Origin: a virus
Lineage: Duplodnaviria > Caudoviricetes
Reading direction: 5' to 3' (one strand)
IMG/VR virus record: IMGVR_UViG_3300005529_000038
Span: 1 to 62,290 of that record
DNA: 62,290 bases
The position numbers were made by a program, and so were the translations under genes. Shown here one piece after another: positions 53,451 through 62,290 of the stretch (positions within the stretch are counted from its first letter, which is position 1; the number at the start of each line of letters is the position of its first letter). The notes under the pieces are model-generated. The model searched no databases and had not been told where the DNA came from. It saw only the letters and a program-made list of their open reading frames with translations.

Positions 53451-56400
53451 CCGATCTCGCGAAGGTTGGCTTTAGCGCCGATACGGCGCCGCTGCAGACC
53501 CTTAACGACCAGCTCGACACCACCAAAGACAAGGTCCGCGGCCTCAACGATGAGATGGCCAAGACCAACGCGGCCGCCGCCGGCGCCGCCACCGGGCTCA
53601 ACCAGGTCGGGGCCGCGGCACAGAACGTCAAGAACAGCGCCGCCGACACCGCGATCTCGAATGTCGGCCAGGGCCTCGCCAAGGTCACCGACGCGACCAC
53701 CGCGGCCGCAACCGGGCTCGGCAAGACGGCCGACGCGACCAAGTCGGTGTCAACGGCGCTGGATCAGAACCTGGCGCCGTCGCTGCAGCGCTCGACCGGC
53801 TTCCTATCGTCCTTCAAGCAGGCCTTCACCGACGGCTTCAACAACGCGATCAGCCAGGCCAACGCGCCGATCGCGCAGGCAGGCCAAGTCACCCGGCAGC
53901 TCGAGGACTACGTCAAGGCAACCGGCCTGTCGTACGAACAGGCTGCCGAGGCGATGAAGAAAGTCGCGACCGCAGAGACGGCGCTCAACACCACCACCAA
54001 GGACTCCGGCGGTTTCTTCAACACGCTCAAGACCACCGTGGCCGGCTTCGCGCAATCGCTGACCTCGACCAACACCGCGGTGGTCGAGCACACCGCCAAA
54101 GCCAAGGAAATGGGCGAGGCGCACCGCGAGACGGAGTCGGCCGCCAAAGAGTTGCGCGAGACGATGCACACGCTGGAGGGGCCGCTCGACGCGCTCGGCC
54201 TGCAATTCTCCACCGTCTCGCAATTTTCCGGCGCCGCGCGCGCCGGCATGCTGGCGCTCGCCGCGTCGATCGCCGGCACGGTGCTGGTCGAGCTGCAGAA
54301 GCTGACCGACGAATCCAAGACGCTCGAGACCAGGCTGCAGGGTCTCGCCGGCGTCCACATGGGCGAGCACATCGCCCAGGAATTCGAGACGGCCGTCAAG
54401 GGGGCCGAGCATCTGCCGGCCGCGCTGGCACCGGCGCTCGAGGCGCTGATCAAGCTGCAGCAGCAGAATTTCGATCCGCACGTCATCCAAGCCGCCGGCA
54501 AGGAATTCGAGAGCGTTGGCGTTAGTGCGCAGCGTTCGATCGATGCGGTGCAGAGCCTATACGAATCGATCCGGCTTGGTGGCGCTTCCAGCGCGCAAGC
54601 GGTCGCGGCCACCACCAAGTTCTTCCAGGACTTGCAGACCCAGGGCAAGGTCACCGAGCAGACGTTCCGCTCATTGCAGGATGCATCGCCCGCGACCGCG
54701 CAGGCGATTGCCAACATCTTCACGCAAGGCCGGATGAGCGCGACGCAGTTCGCGACGACGCTCAAGGACCACCCGATCGAGATTCAGAAGGTTGTCAGTG
54801 CGCTCCAGAAGATGAAGGACGCGAACGACGACGCTTACAACGACATGATCGAAAGCCCGAAGGATCTCGAGTCCGCGCTCGAAAAGCTGAAGGGCAAGTT
54901 CATCGATCTGACCAAGCCGGCGCAGGACTCGCTGTTCGGCGTCGACCAAAAAGTTGGCATGGTCACCGAGGCGATCAACCTGCTCGCCGATGGGCTTGAT
55001 GAGCTCAACACCAGGGGCCTGCCTGGTCTCAAGCAGAGCTTCGACCTTGCCACCAACGCCTCGAAAAGCTGGGGCGACATGATCAAGGTGGTCGACGATC
55101 AGAATTCGATCTTCGGCAAGTCGCTCGAGATCGACGTCGTCGGCGCCATCGAGAAAGCGCTGATCGAACTCGGCAACTTCGCGACGCGCGCGCCGCAAGC
55201 GGTGACCGACTTCGTCAGCCAGTCGCTCACGGCGATGGGGCAATGGGGCGCCAGCTTCGTCGGCGCGATCCAGAGCGGCCTGTCCGCTGCCATGACGGCG
55301 ATCTCGAATTTTGTCAGCAGCGCGACCGCCGCGCTGCAGTCTGTTGCCAACGCGGTCTCCAATATCGCGAGCGCCGGCGGTGGCACGGGCAACAACCCGT
55401 TTGTGTCGGCGACCAACAATTATTCCAGCCCCGGCGCCGGAACGGGTGACCAGCTTGGCAGCGGCACACCCGCCGATGAAGGCCTCGCTGGCTTTGCGAC
55501 CGGCGGCAGCTTCACGGTTGGCGGCAGCGGTGGCACCGACAGCCAGCTGATCCAGTTCATGGCGACGCCTGGCGAGCAGGTCACGATCGAGCAGCCCGGC
55601 ACCTCAGGCACCGGCGGCGGTGCGCCGCAGACGCTCGGCAGCCTGATCCCGACACCGGGCACCGGAACAGGCGGGGGCACCGCGGCCGATGACATCCAGC
55701 AAGCCAAGTTCGTCGACGCGCTGAAGACCCAGACGCTTGACCTGAAAGACTCGGCGCTGGCGAACCGCAACGCGATCGTCGCCACCATCAACACCACCAC
55801 CGCGCAAATCGTCGCGGCGATCAAAACCCTGGTGGTCAGCTCCGGCGTTGCCGCCTCGACGTCGACGACGTCATCGAGCAGCGGCACCTCGGCATCGTCG
55901 AGCAGCAGCAGCGTCGCGCCCAACTCGACGGTCAGTTCTGCCGCCGGCGGTGGCGGCGGTCTATCGCCGAACATCAACAAGGACGGCCAGTTTGGCTCGC
56001 CGTGGAACATCTTTGGCGACGACAAGAGCACCACATCGTCGGCAGATCAGCAGGCCTCGCGGCCGATCAACATCCCGGCGCCGCAACAGTCAGGCCTAGC
56101 GTCAGGGCGAGGCGGGCTTGTTAAGGGCGGCACGCCCGGGGGCGCCTACAGCGTCGGCCCGGATGGCAACATGACGCCGTTTGTGCCGGGCCAGCAGCTC
56201 GGCACCAACGGGCTGCAAGCGCCAACGCCGGAGGCCTTGAGCAACCAGATCGGCAACGGCGTCGCGCAGGCGATGGCAGCGCCGCCGCTGCTCGAGCCGG
56301 GCCAGCCGGGGCAGGGCTGGGAGGTTGCCAAGGGCGGCGCGGACGTCAAAGAGCAGACCCAGACGCTGAAGCAGTCGCAGGACACCGGCTCGAAGACGGT

Positions 56401-58531
56401 CGCCGACAAGGTCACCCAGCAAATCCAGGAAACCAAGACCATCGGCGACAAGTCGACGAGCTCGCTCGACAAGGTCAGCACCGCGTCGCAGGACGCAGCG
56501 AAGGCCAGCGACGAAACCGCCAAGGCGACGGACGACGGCAACCAGCAAGCCAAGACGATCGGCGATGACACGACGAAGTCGATCGACGACGGCACCGATG
56601 CGACGAAGGGAGTCGGCGATACGACCAGGTCGGTCGGCGATGCGACGCAGCAGTCGATCGATCAGTCCGGGACGCAGGTCGCCGACGCGACCAACACCGG
56701 CTCGAGCAACATCGTCAACGCCGTTGAGCAGATGGCCAGCTCGGTCGCCAGTGCGATCGGCAGCGCGCTTGCGCAGGCGGCATCGTCGCAGACCGCGAGC
56801 CCGGCCAACGACAACGGCAACCCCATCGGCTCCAGCGGCGGAGGTGGGGACATCGGCGGCGGCACCACCGATCTCGGCAGCAGCAATCCAGGCGGCGGCG
56901 ACACCACCGACAACAGCGGCGGCGCGCCTGGCGGCTTTGCGACCGGCGGCCAGTTCTCCGTCGGGCTGCCGCGCTTCGCGACCGGCAACCAGTTCATGGT
57001 CAAGGGCCCGGGGCATGCCGATACAGAGCTGATCCAGTTCATGGCCTCGCCTGGCGAGACCATCACGATCACGCCGCCGGGCGGCACGCCGCCGCCCAAC
57101 CCGACGATGGACTCGCATCCGAACCTGGGACGCAAGAGCGGCTATGCCACCGGCGGCCAGACCACGCTGGGCGGCCTGTTCGGCACACCGAGCATGCCGG
57201 ATGGCGCGGCCAATGACCTGGTCGCGGCGCACGTTGCCGACAGCATCAACCAACAGAACGCGGACATCGGCAGCAAGATCAGCGACATGACGTTGACGCT
57301 GCTTCGCGCGACCAACGATTCGACGGACGCGATCGTCGGCAAGATCGCGAGCATGGCGAGCAGCCTGCCGATGCCTGCGCCGGCATCGTCGGCGTCGTCA
57401 TCGTCTTCGGCGCCTGCGCCTAGCAGCAGCTCGGCATCGTCCGGGCTCGATTTCTTCGGCCGCGACCAGTCCATCGCCAACGCCATCCTTTCCTCCGGCG
57501 GAACGTATGGCGTCCCGATCGGCGTCCCGGTTGGCGGCGGCAACCTGGGCGGTCCGAGTGGGCTCGCCGCGCCGACGCGCTTCGCCACGGGCGGTCAGTT
57601 CTCCGTCGGCACCACTGGCCTGCGCGGCTTCGCCACCGGCGGCCAGACCACCGTCGGCGGCGACACGGGTCCGACGTCATCAGGCAGCATCGATGCGCTG
57701 ACGGCGACGCTTGACCATCGGCAGCAAAACCAGACGCTTTCGATCAAGGACTCGATCGGCGCCAGCACCAACCGCATCTCTCAGACCATCAGCAACAATG
57801 CATCGAGGGTGACGAGCGGGCTCGACGCACTCAGCGCCGCGATCAATGCGTCGATCGACGCGGTACGCGCCAGCTCGCGCGCTTCCTCGACGCCGTCCTC
57901 GACGTCAGCTGCGTCGAGCAGCGGGTCATCGTCCAGCGATGGCGGCCTCTTGCTGTATGGTCGCGATCCGTCCATCGCCAAAGCCATCCTCGCCTCTGGT
58001 GGCACCTACGGCACGCCTGTAGGGAGCTATCAGACGGTCCTTGGACTCATGTCCGGCAAGACCCCGGGCAATGGCGGCGGCCTCTACGGCTTCGCCACCG
58101 GCGGCCAGTTCCAGATCGGCGCCGGCAACATGGCCGAGGGCGGCGCCTTCACCGTGCCCGGCGGCCAAAGCGGGTCCGACAGCGTCGACGTCGCGATCAA
58201 GGCCTCGCCGGGCGAAAAAATCTTCGTGGTGCCGCCGCAGGAGGCCAGCAAGTTCAAGGCCGCGCACGACATGGTGCGGCCGACGCTGGAGCCGATCGAC
58301 AGCTACCTGCCGCGCCCGATGAGCGTCCCCGGCAACGACAATGCCACCGCGACCCAAGCGGCGGTAAGCGGTTGGAAGGGATCGGCGTCCTATCAAGGCG
58401 AGGCCGTCGCAGGCTCCGGCATGGGCGGCGCACCGCCGGCGCCGGTGATCATCCAGGTGCAACAGGGCGTGCAGGCCGATGACTTCATCCGATCGCGCGC
58501 GCAAATCCAGAGGGCGATGAACGGGAAATGA
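53447..58531 (+). CDS. Tape measure protein
   Basis: 1694 aa, A/T/S/G-rich, multiple FATGG motifs, follows the chaperones. Confidence 0.9.
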   Translation: MTDLAKVGFSADTAPLQTLNDQLDTTKDKVRGLNDEMAKTNAAAAGAATGLNQVGAAAQNVKNSAADTAISNVGQGLAKVTDATTAAATGLGKTADATKSVSTALDQNLAPSLQRSTGFLSSFKQAFTDGFNNAISQANAPIAQAGQVTRQLEDYVKATGLSYEQAAEAMKKVATAETALNTTTKDSGGFFNTLKTTVAGFAQSLTSTNTAVVEHTAKAKEMGEAHRETESAAKELRETMHTLEGPLDALGLQFSTVSQFSGAARAGMLALAASIAGTVLVELQKLTDESKTLETRLQGLAGVHMGEHIAQEFETAVKGAEHLPAALAPALEALIKLQQQNFDPHVIQAAGKEFESVGVSAQRSIDAVQSLYESIRLGGASSAQAVAATTKFFQDLQTQGKVTEQTFRSLQDASPATAQAIANIFTQGRMSATQFATTLKDHPIEIQKVVSALQKMKDANDDAYNDMIESPKDLESALEKLKGKFIDLTKPAQDSLFGVDQKVGMVTEAINLLADGLDELNTRGLPGLKQSFDLATNASKSWGDMIKVVDDQNSIFGKSLEIDVVGAIEKALIELGNFATRAPQAVTDFVSQSLTAMGQWGASFVGAIQSGLSAAMTAISNFVSSATAALQSVANAVSNIASAGGGTGNNPFVSATNNYSSPGAGTGDQLGSGTPADEGLAGFATGGSFTVGGSGGTDSQLIQFMATPGEQVTIEQPGTSGTGGGAPQTLGSLIPTPGTGTGGGTAADDIQQAKFVDALKTQTLDLKDSALANRNAIVATINTTTAQIVAAIKTLVVSSGVAASTSTTSSSSGTSASSSSSSVAPNSTVSSAAGGGGGLSPNINKDGQFGSPWNIFGDDKSTTSSADQQASRPINIPAPQQSGLASGRGGLVKGGTPGGAYSVGPDGNMTPFVPGQQLGTNGLQAPTPEALSNQIGNGVAQAMAAPPLLEPGQPGQGWEVAKGGADVKEQTQTLKQSQDTGSKTVADKVTQQIQETKTIGDKSTSSLDKVSTASQDAAKASDETAKATDDGNQQAKTIGDDTTKSIDDGTDATKGVGDTTRSVGDATQQSIDQSGTQVADATNTGSSNIVNAVEQMASSVASAIGSALAQAASSQTASPANDNGNPIGSSGGGGDIGGGTTDLGSSNPGGGDTTDNSGGAPGGFATGGQFSVGLPRFATGNQFMVKGPGHADTELIQFMASPGETITITPPGGTPPPNPTMDSHPNLGRKSGYATGGQTTLGGLFGTPSMPDGAANDLVAAHVADSINQQNADIGSKISDMTLTLLRATNDSTDAIVGKIASMASSLPMPAPASSASSSSSAPAPSSSSASSGLDFFGRDQSIANAILSSGGTYGVPIGVPVGGGNLGGPSGLAAPTRFATGGQFSVGTTGLRGFATGGQTTVGGDTGPTSSGSIDALTATLDHRQQNQTLSIKDSIGASTNRISQTISNNASRVTSGLDALSAAINASIDAVRASSRASSTPSSTSAASSSGSSSSDGGLLLYGRDPSIAKAILASGGTYGTPVGSYQTVLGLMSGKTPGNGGGLYGFATGGQFQIGAGNMAEGGAFTVPGGQSGSDSVDVAIKASPGEKIFVVPPQEASKFKAAHDMVRPTLEPIDSYLPRPMSVPGNDNATATQAAVSGWKGSASYQGEAVAGSGMGGAPPAPVIIQVQQGVQADDFIRSRAQIQRAMNGK

Positions 58532-59148
58532 CCCTAACAGCCTTCACCAAGATCCCGAACTCGATTGCGATCGGCGCGCAAGTGTCGTTCACGATCAGCA
58601 CGGCGAAGAACCCAAGCGAGAGCGGCAACTCGAGCCGCAAGTCGATGCGCCCGATCAAGCGCAACTACATGGTCAGCGTCTCGCCGGATGATTCGGATGA
58701 GATGCAGGCCATCGTCATGGCGATGCTGGGCGACCGCTACCCGGTCGCGATGCGCGATTACTCCGCCTACCTGATCACCGATGAGCCGTGCCAATTCGAC
58801 AACGCCACCGGCGATTGGCTGATCGGCCGCACCTGGACGCCGTCGACCGGAACACGGACGTTCTTTGAGCGCATCTTGGTGCCCGACGATATCGTGGTGC
58901 TGGTCAACGGCTCGCCGGCAACCACCAGCGGCTTCACCCTCAAGGACTTCGGCCGCATCAGCTTCTCCGGCGGCGTCACCACCGGTGACGAAGTCTCGGT
59001 AACAGGCACCTACCTTCGCCCGGTCGCGCTGGTCGACGCGCCGTCGGCCAACCTGTTCGGCGCCGTCGGCGGCGTGACGCAATATCAGTTTGCCTCGATG
59101 CGCTTTGAGGAGCTTTACGAGGCCGAGCTTGTGGAGCTGTTCTCGTGA
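58528..59148 (+). CDS. Distal tail protein (DUF2460-like)
   Basis: Position after TMP; ESGNSSR, RD..Y, GRISF...TG.Y.RPV. Confidence 0.65.
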   Translation: MTLTAFTKIPNSIAIGAQVSFTISTAKNPSESGNSSRKSMRPIKRNYMVSVSPDDSDEMQAIVMAMLGDRYPVAMRDYSAYLITDEPCQFDNATGDWLIGRTWTPSTGTRTFFERILVPDDIVVLVNGSPATTSGFTLKDFGRISFSGGVTTGDEVSVTGTYLRPVALVDAPSANLFGAVGGVTQYQFASMRFEELYEAELVELFS

Positions 59149-60203
59149 GGAGCTTTCCGTTTTCGCCGACGGCTCTGGGGCTGCACTATGCCATCACGAT
59201 TTTCCAGCCCAATCAGACGATCCGGCTGACCACCTATTTCGAGAACGTCACGATCGGCGGCGAAGTCTTCAAGGCGTCCGGCGCCGTCAACATCACCCAG
59301 ATTCTCTACACGGCGGACGGCAGCCCCAGCAATGCCGACATCCGCATCAACACCACTTCGTCCGGCAGCATTCGTCCTGGCCTTGCCGCCCGCGGCCTGA
59401 TCGATGGGCTCCCCATCCAGGTCCAGGCCTTCGACCCGAAGAACCCCGGCCTCGGCGCCTTCGACGTCATGCCAGGCGCCACCATCGGCAGCGTCACCGA
59501 AGCATCCAGCGGCTCGATTGTGCTCGCCGTGCAAGGGCGCCTGGCGCTGATGAAGTCGCCGATGTGCGAGGTCTACACGACTGTCTGCCGCGCCCGCCTC
59601 GGTGATGCGCGCTGCCGCGTCCCGATCCTGGTCGACGACGTCAAGCGATCCACCGGCTACATCCTGAAAGACACCATGCAGCTGGCCAACGGGACTCAGT
59701 GGGGCGCCTCGCAAGCGTGGGTCCGCAAGCTCGAGGGCGGCAGCTACAATGACCGCGTCTACGAGTGCACGACGGCAGGCACGACGGCCGGATCGGCACC
59801 GACCTATCCGACGTCGATCGGCTCGACGGTGACCGATGGCTCGGCTGTCTTCACCTGCCGGCAGGCCTGGCTGGTTGCCGCCACCGGCCAGGCGCTCGAT
59901 TTCTTCAACATCCAGCTCGCCGCAGCGCCCAGCGTCGATCCGTCGATCCTCGGCAATCTGATCCCGCAGACGGGCGAGCTGAAGAACACGCGCATCCCGA
60001 TCAAGGCCTACGATTCAGGGACGCTGATCGTGACGACGTGGCAGCCGTTCGCACCGAGCAACTTCCCGGCCGCGACCCAATTCCTGCTGCATCCCGGCTG
60101 CGATCGGACGATGGCGACCTGCCGCGACGTCTTCGACAACCTCAAGAACATGCGCGCGGAGCCGTACGCGCCCAACTCTGATCTCGCCACGGGGAGGGCC
60201 TAA
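59145..60203 (+). CDS. Tail hub protein (DUF2163/BR0599-like)
   Basis: CRARLGDARCRV; PGCDRTMATCRDVFDNLKNMRAEPYAP. Confidence 0.8.
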   Translation: MRSFPFSPTALGLHYAITIFQPNQTIRLTTYFENVTIGGEVFKASGAVNITQILYTADGSPSNADIRINTTSSGSIRPGLAARGLIDGLPIQVQAFDPKNPGLGAFDVMPGATIGSVTEASSGSIVLAVQGRLALMKSPMCEVYTTVCRARLGDARCRVPILVDDVKRSTGYILKDTMQLANGTQWGASQAWVRKLEGGSYNDRVYECTTAGTTAGSAPTYPTSIGSTVTDGSAVFTCRQAWLVAATGQALDFFNIQLAAAPSVDPSILGNLIPQTGELKNTRIPIKAYDSGTLIVTTWQPFAPSNFPAATQFLLHPGCDRTMATCRDVFDNLKNMRAEPYAPNSDLATGRA

Positions 60204-62290
60204 TGTCCTGGGACGACGATCCGGTCACCTACTATCACCTCAACGGCACGCTGATGGCGGATTGGGGGACCACGTCGACCGGTTCCTACGGCGCTTTCCC
60301 TCCAGGGACCTATGCCTACCAGCCAAACGGGCCGAGCGGCACGTACCAGTGGAATCTGATCTCCGCGCCGGCGTCGCCTGCCCCGGCGCCGTCGACGGCA
60401 CCGACGCCGACGCCGACGCCGCAGCCGCCGCACCTGCAATTTTCAGCGACGACGATCGGCTCGCCGCTGTTCCTCGCGCACGGCAGGTGCAAGCTGCCTG
60501 GTCAGATCATATGGGCGCTTGGCATCGATGCATCCAACGACATCCTGGACACCTCGTTTCTGACGTTTGCGGCCGCCTATTGCGAGCCGATCGACCCCAA
60601 CGAGTCGGTGCGCATTCAAGGCATGTGGGCCAACGGAACGCAGTTCTACGACTACGACCAGGGCGGCATCCTGCAGGTCGCGAACATCGATTCGGTGGCG
60701 CAGAGCTACCTGCAGAGCTGCATCGACGGCATGGAGATTCACCTCGGCACCGAGACGCAGCAACCGTCGTCGATCATCGCGAGCTACCTCGGCGCCGCCA
60801 ACGTGCCGGGCTATCGCGGCTTGCGCTACCTGGTCTTTCCCGACTTCCCGCTGATCGTTTCCAACAATGCGGTGCCGAACATCGTGGTCGAATGGCGGCC
60901 GGTCAGTGCTGGCCTGCTCAACGTCGCTGACGAGATGACGCTGCTGATCGAGCACGTCAACTTGCGCTCGGAAAGCTCGCCGGTGTTCGCGGCTCCCACC
61001 ATCTCCGGCATTGACGACCTTTGCCTTGGCGTGACCATCACGGATCAAAGCTCGCTCATCGACCACTTCGGCAAGCATCGCAACGTCTACAACTTCCAGA
61101 TCAAGGAAGCTGACCCGATCGCGATCCAGCGGCGTGTGGTCGGCAGTAGCCTGGTCATTGATGTTTCGGTTGACGAGGTCGATCTCATCACCAACGGCAA
61201 CAATCCGGCCGTCGTGACGAACCGCGCCAACCCGACCGACTTCCCGGTCGGCATGAACCTGACCTACACCGACCCGGACCACAACTACGACACCAAGGTC
61301 GCGCCGGCGATGTTTGACGGCTCGCAGCCTGGCCGGTCGTCGTCGACGTCTTCCGCAGTCATGACCGCGCAGACGGACTATATCGTCGACGCCACCACGG
61401 CGCGGTCCCTCGCCTACAATGCCCTGTTCAACCTCCGATCCTATGCTGGCCGCGTCACGCTGGAGATGAAAGACCTGCGGCCTGAGGTCGGCGACACCAT
61501 CGCCGTGACGACACGCGAGGGTGACGTCTACGTGCTCCTGGTCGAGCAGCAGACCATCACCAAGCAACGATCCAACAGCATCATGGCGATGCAGCTGCTG
61601 ACCGCCCCTGGCGCGGACGTCAACGGCGACGGCGGCAACGACGGCGGCACGATCAACAAAAAATACTGGCCTGAGGACGTGCTAGGCAAGGCCTTCATCG
61701 TCGACCCGCGCGCCGGCATCGATCGGGTCTGGAGCATCCGCGACATCACCAGCACATACGTGATCGGCATGAATGCGATGAGCGCGCCGACGCGCAAGCT
61801 GTCACCGCTGCGCTGGCGCAACATGCCGGCGAACGATCCGGCTCAGATCGAATGGGGCGCGGCGGCCAGCTGCGCCATCGCCGCCGGCCCGATGTTCGAT
61901 GATGACTTCTACACCTATTGGATGCCGGGCAATGCACTGATCGTGACGCGGCTGTTGAAGACGGCCGACAACATCGCTGGCGTTGAGACGCTGGTTTTCC
62001 CGCCGGGCTTCGGCCTCTCCTGCGTCAACGCCAACGACGCCGACAACAACGTCTTTGCCTTCAAGGACGGCAAGCTCTACCTCGGCTGGAACGGCCAGTG
62101 GAACGGCGCCGGCGGTGACACGACAAATTTCAAGTTGATCGTCGTCGACATCAACGCCTGGGACGCATCGGCGATCAACGTCTACGACTATTATGTGCCA
62201 GGCGCAGACATCCCCTTTGCGACGGCGCTCGAGGTCACCGACAACGGCATGGTGGTGATCGCGACCACTCTCGGCTCGCCGCTCACGGCG
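60203..62290 (+). CDS. Tail tip / central fibre protein (GTA-like), truncated by the window end
   Basis: Frame from ATG 60203, absent from the ORF track (no stop before the edge); IGSPLFLAHGRCKLPGQIIWA and PGYRGLRYLVFPDFPL. Confidence 0.75.
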   Translation, partial: MSWDDDPVTYYHLNGTLMADWGTTSTGSYGAFPPGTYAYQPNGPSGTYQWNLISAPASPAPAPSTAPTPTPTPQPPHLQFSATTIGSPLFLAHGRCKLPGQIIWALGIDASNDILDTSFLTFAAAYCEPIDPNESVRIQGMWANGTQFYDYDQGGILQVANIDSVAQSYLQSCIDGMEIHLGTETQQPSSIIASYLGAANVPGYRGLRYLVFPDFPLIVSNNAVPNIVVEWRPVSAGLLNVADEMTLLIEHVNLRSESSPVFAAPTISGIDDLCLGVTITDQSSLIDHFGKHRNVYNFQIKEADPIAIQRRVVGSSLVIDVSVDEVDLITNGNNPAVVTNRANPTDFPVGMNLTYTDPDHNYDTKVAPAMFDGSQPGRSSSTSSAVMTAQTDYIVDATTARSLAYNALFNLRSYAGRVTLEMKDLRPEVGDTIAVTTREGDVYVLLVEQQTITKQRSNSIMAMQLLTAPGADVNGDGGNDGGTINKKYWPEDVLGKAFIVDPRAGIDRVWSIRDITSTYVIGMNAMSAPTRKLSPLRWRNMPANDPAQIEWGAAASCAIAAGPMFDDDFYTYWMPGNALIVTRLLKTADNIAGVETLVFPPGFGLSCVNANDADNNVFAFKDGKLYLGWNGQWNGAGGDTTNFKLIVVDINAWDASAINVYDYYVPGADIPFATALEVTDNGMVVIATTLGSPLTA

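Noticed and set aside
60395-60430. CCGACG tandem repeats as a guide-like array
   Set aside because: The period is 6 nt and in frame, encoding a Pro-Thr linker of the tail tip protein
1-62290. Integrase, att sites, lysis cassette, reverse transcriptase/DGR
   Set aside because: No recognisable motifs in the window; they may lie outside it

Overview
A GC-rich, near-complete siphovirus-like phage genome segment, probably from an alphaproteobacterial host (GcrA-like, GapR-like and GTA-like tail genes). Layout: a leftward early/recombination operon (1-5850); a divergent promoter with Cro-like, GcrA-like, RuvC-like and helicase genes (5860-10490); three leftward islands of small accessory genes; packaging and head genes; a glycosyl-/methyltransferase cluster; and a tail module cut off by the window end. 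No integrase, CI repressor or lysis gene was recognised. The main candidate system is in the left operon. It has a stand-alone Cas7/RAMP-like gene (791-1458, split by a 1-nt frameshift), a companion gene, and three non-coding arrays of GG(Y)-NN pentamers punctuated by GGCAGG/GGCCGG, each starting at a stop codon. This looks like a CRISPR-free, phage-encoded RNA-guided system (VIPR-like, from my recollection). Other notable signals are a portal protein fused to a zeta-toxin-like kinase, a 17-bp palindromic operator sitting in near-identical promoters of the accessory islands, an N-terminal Hint domain on a virion protein, and a probable virion glycosylation cluster. All calls come from reading motifs by eye; no database searches were run.
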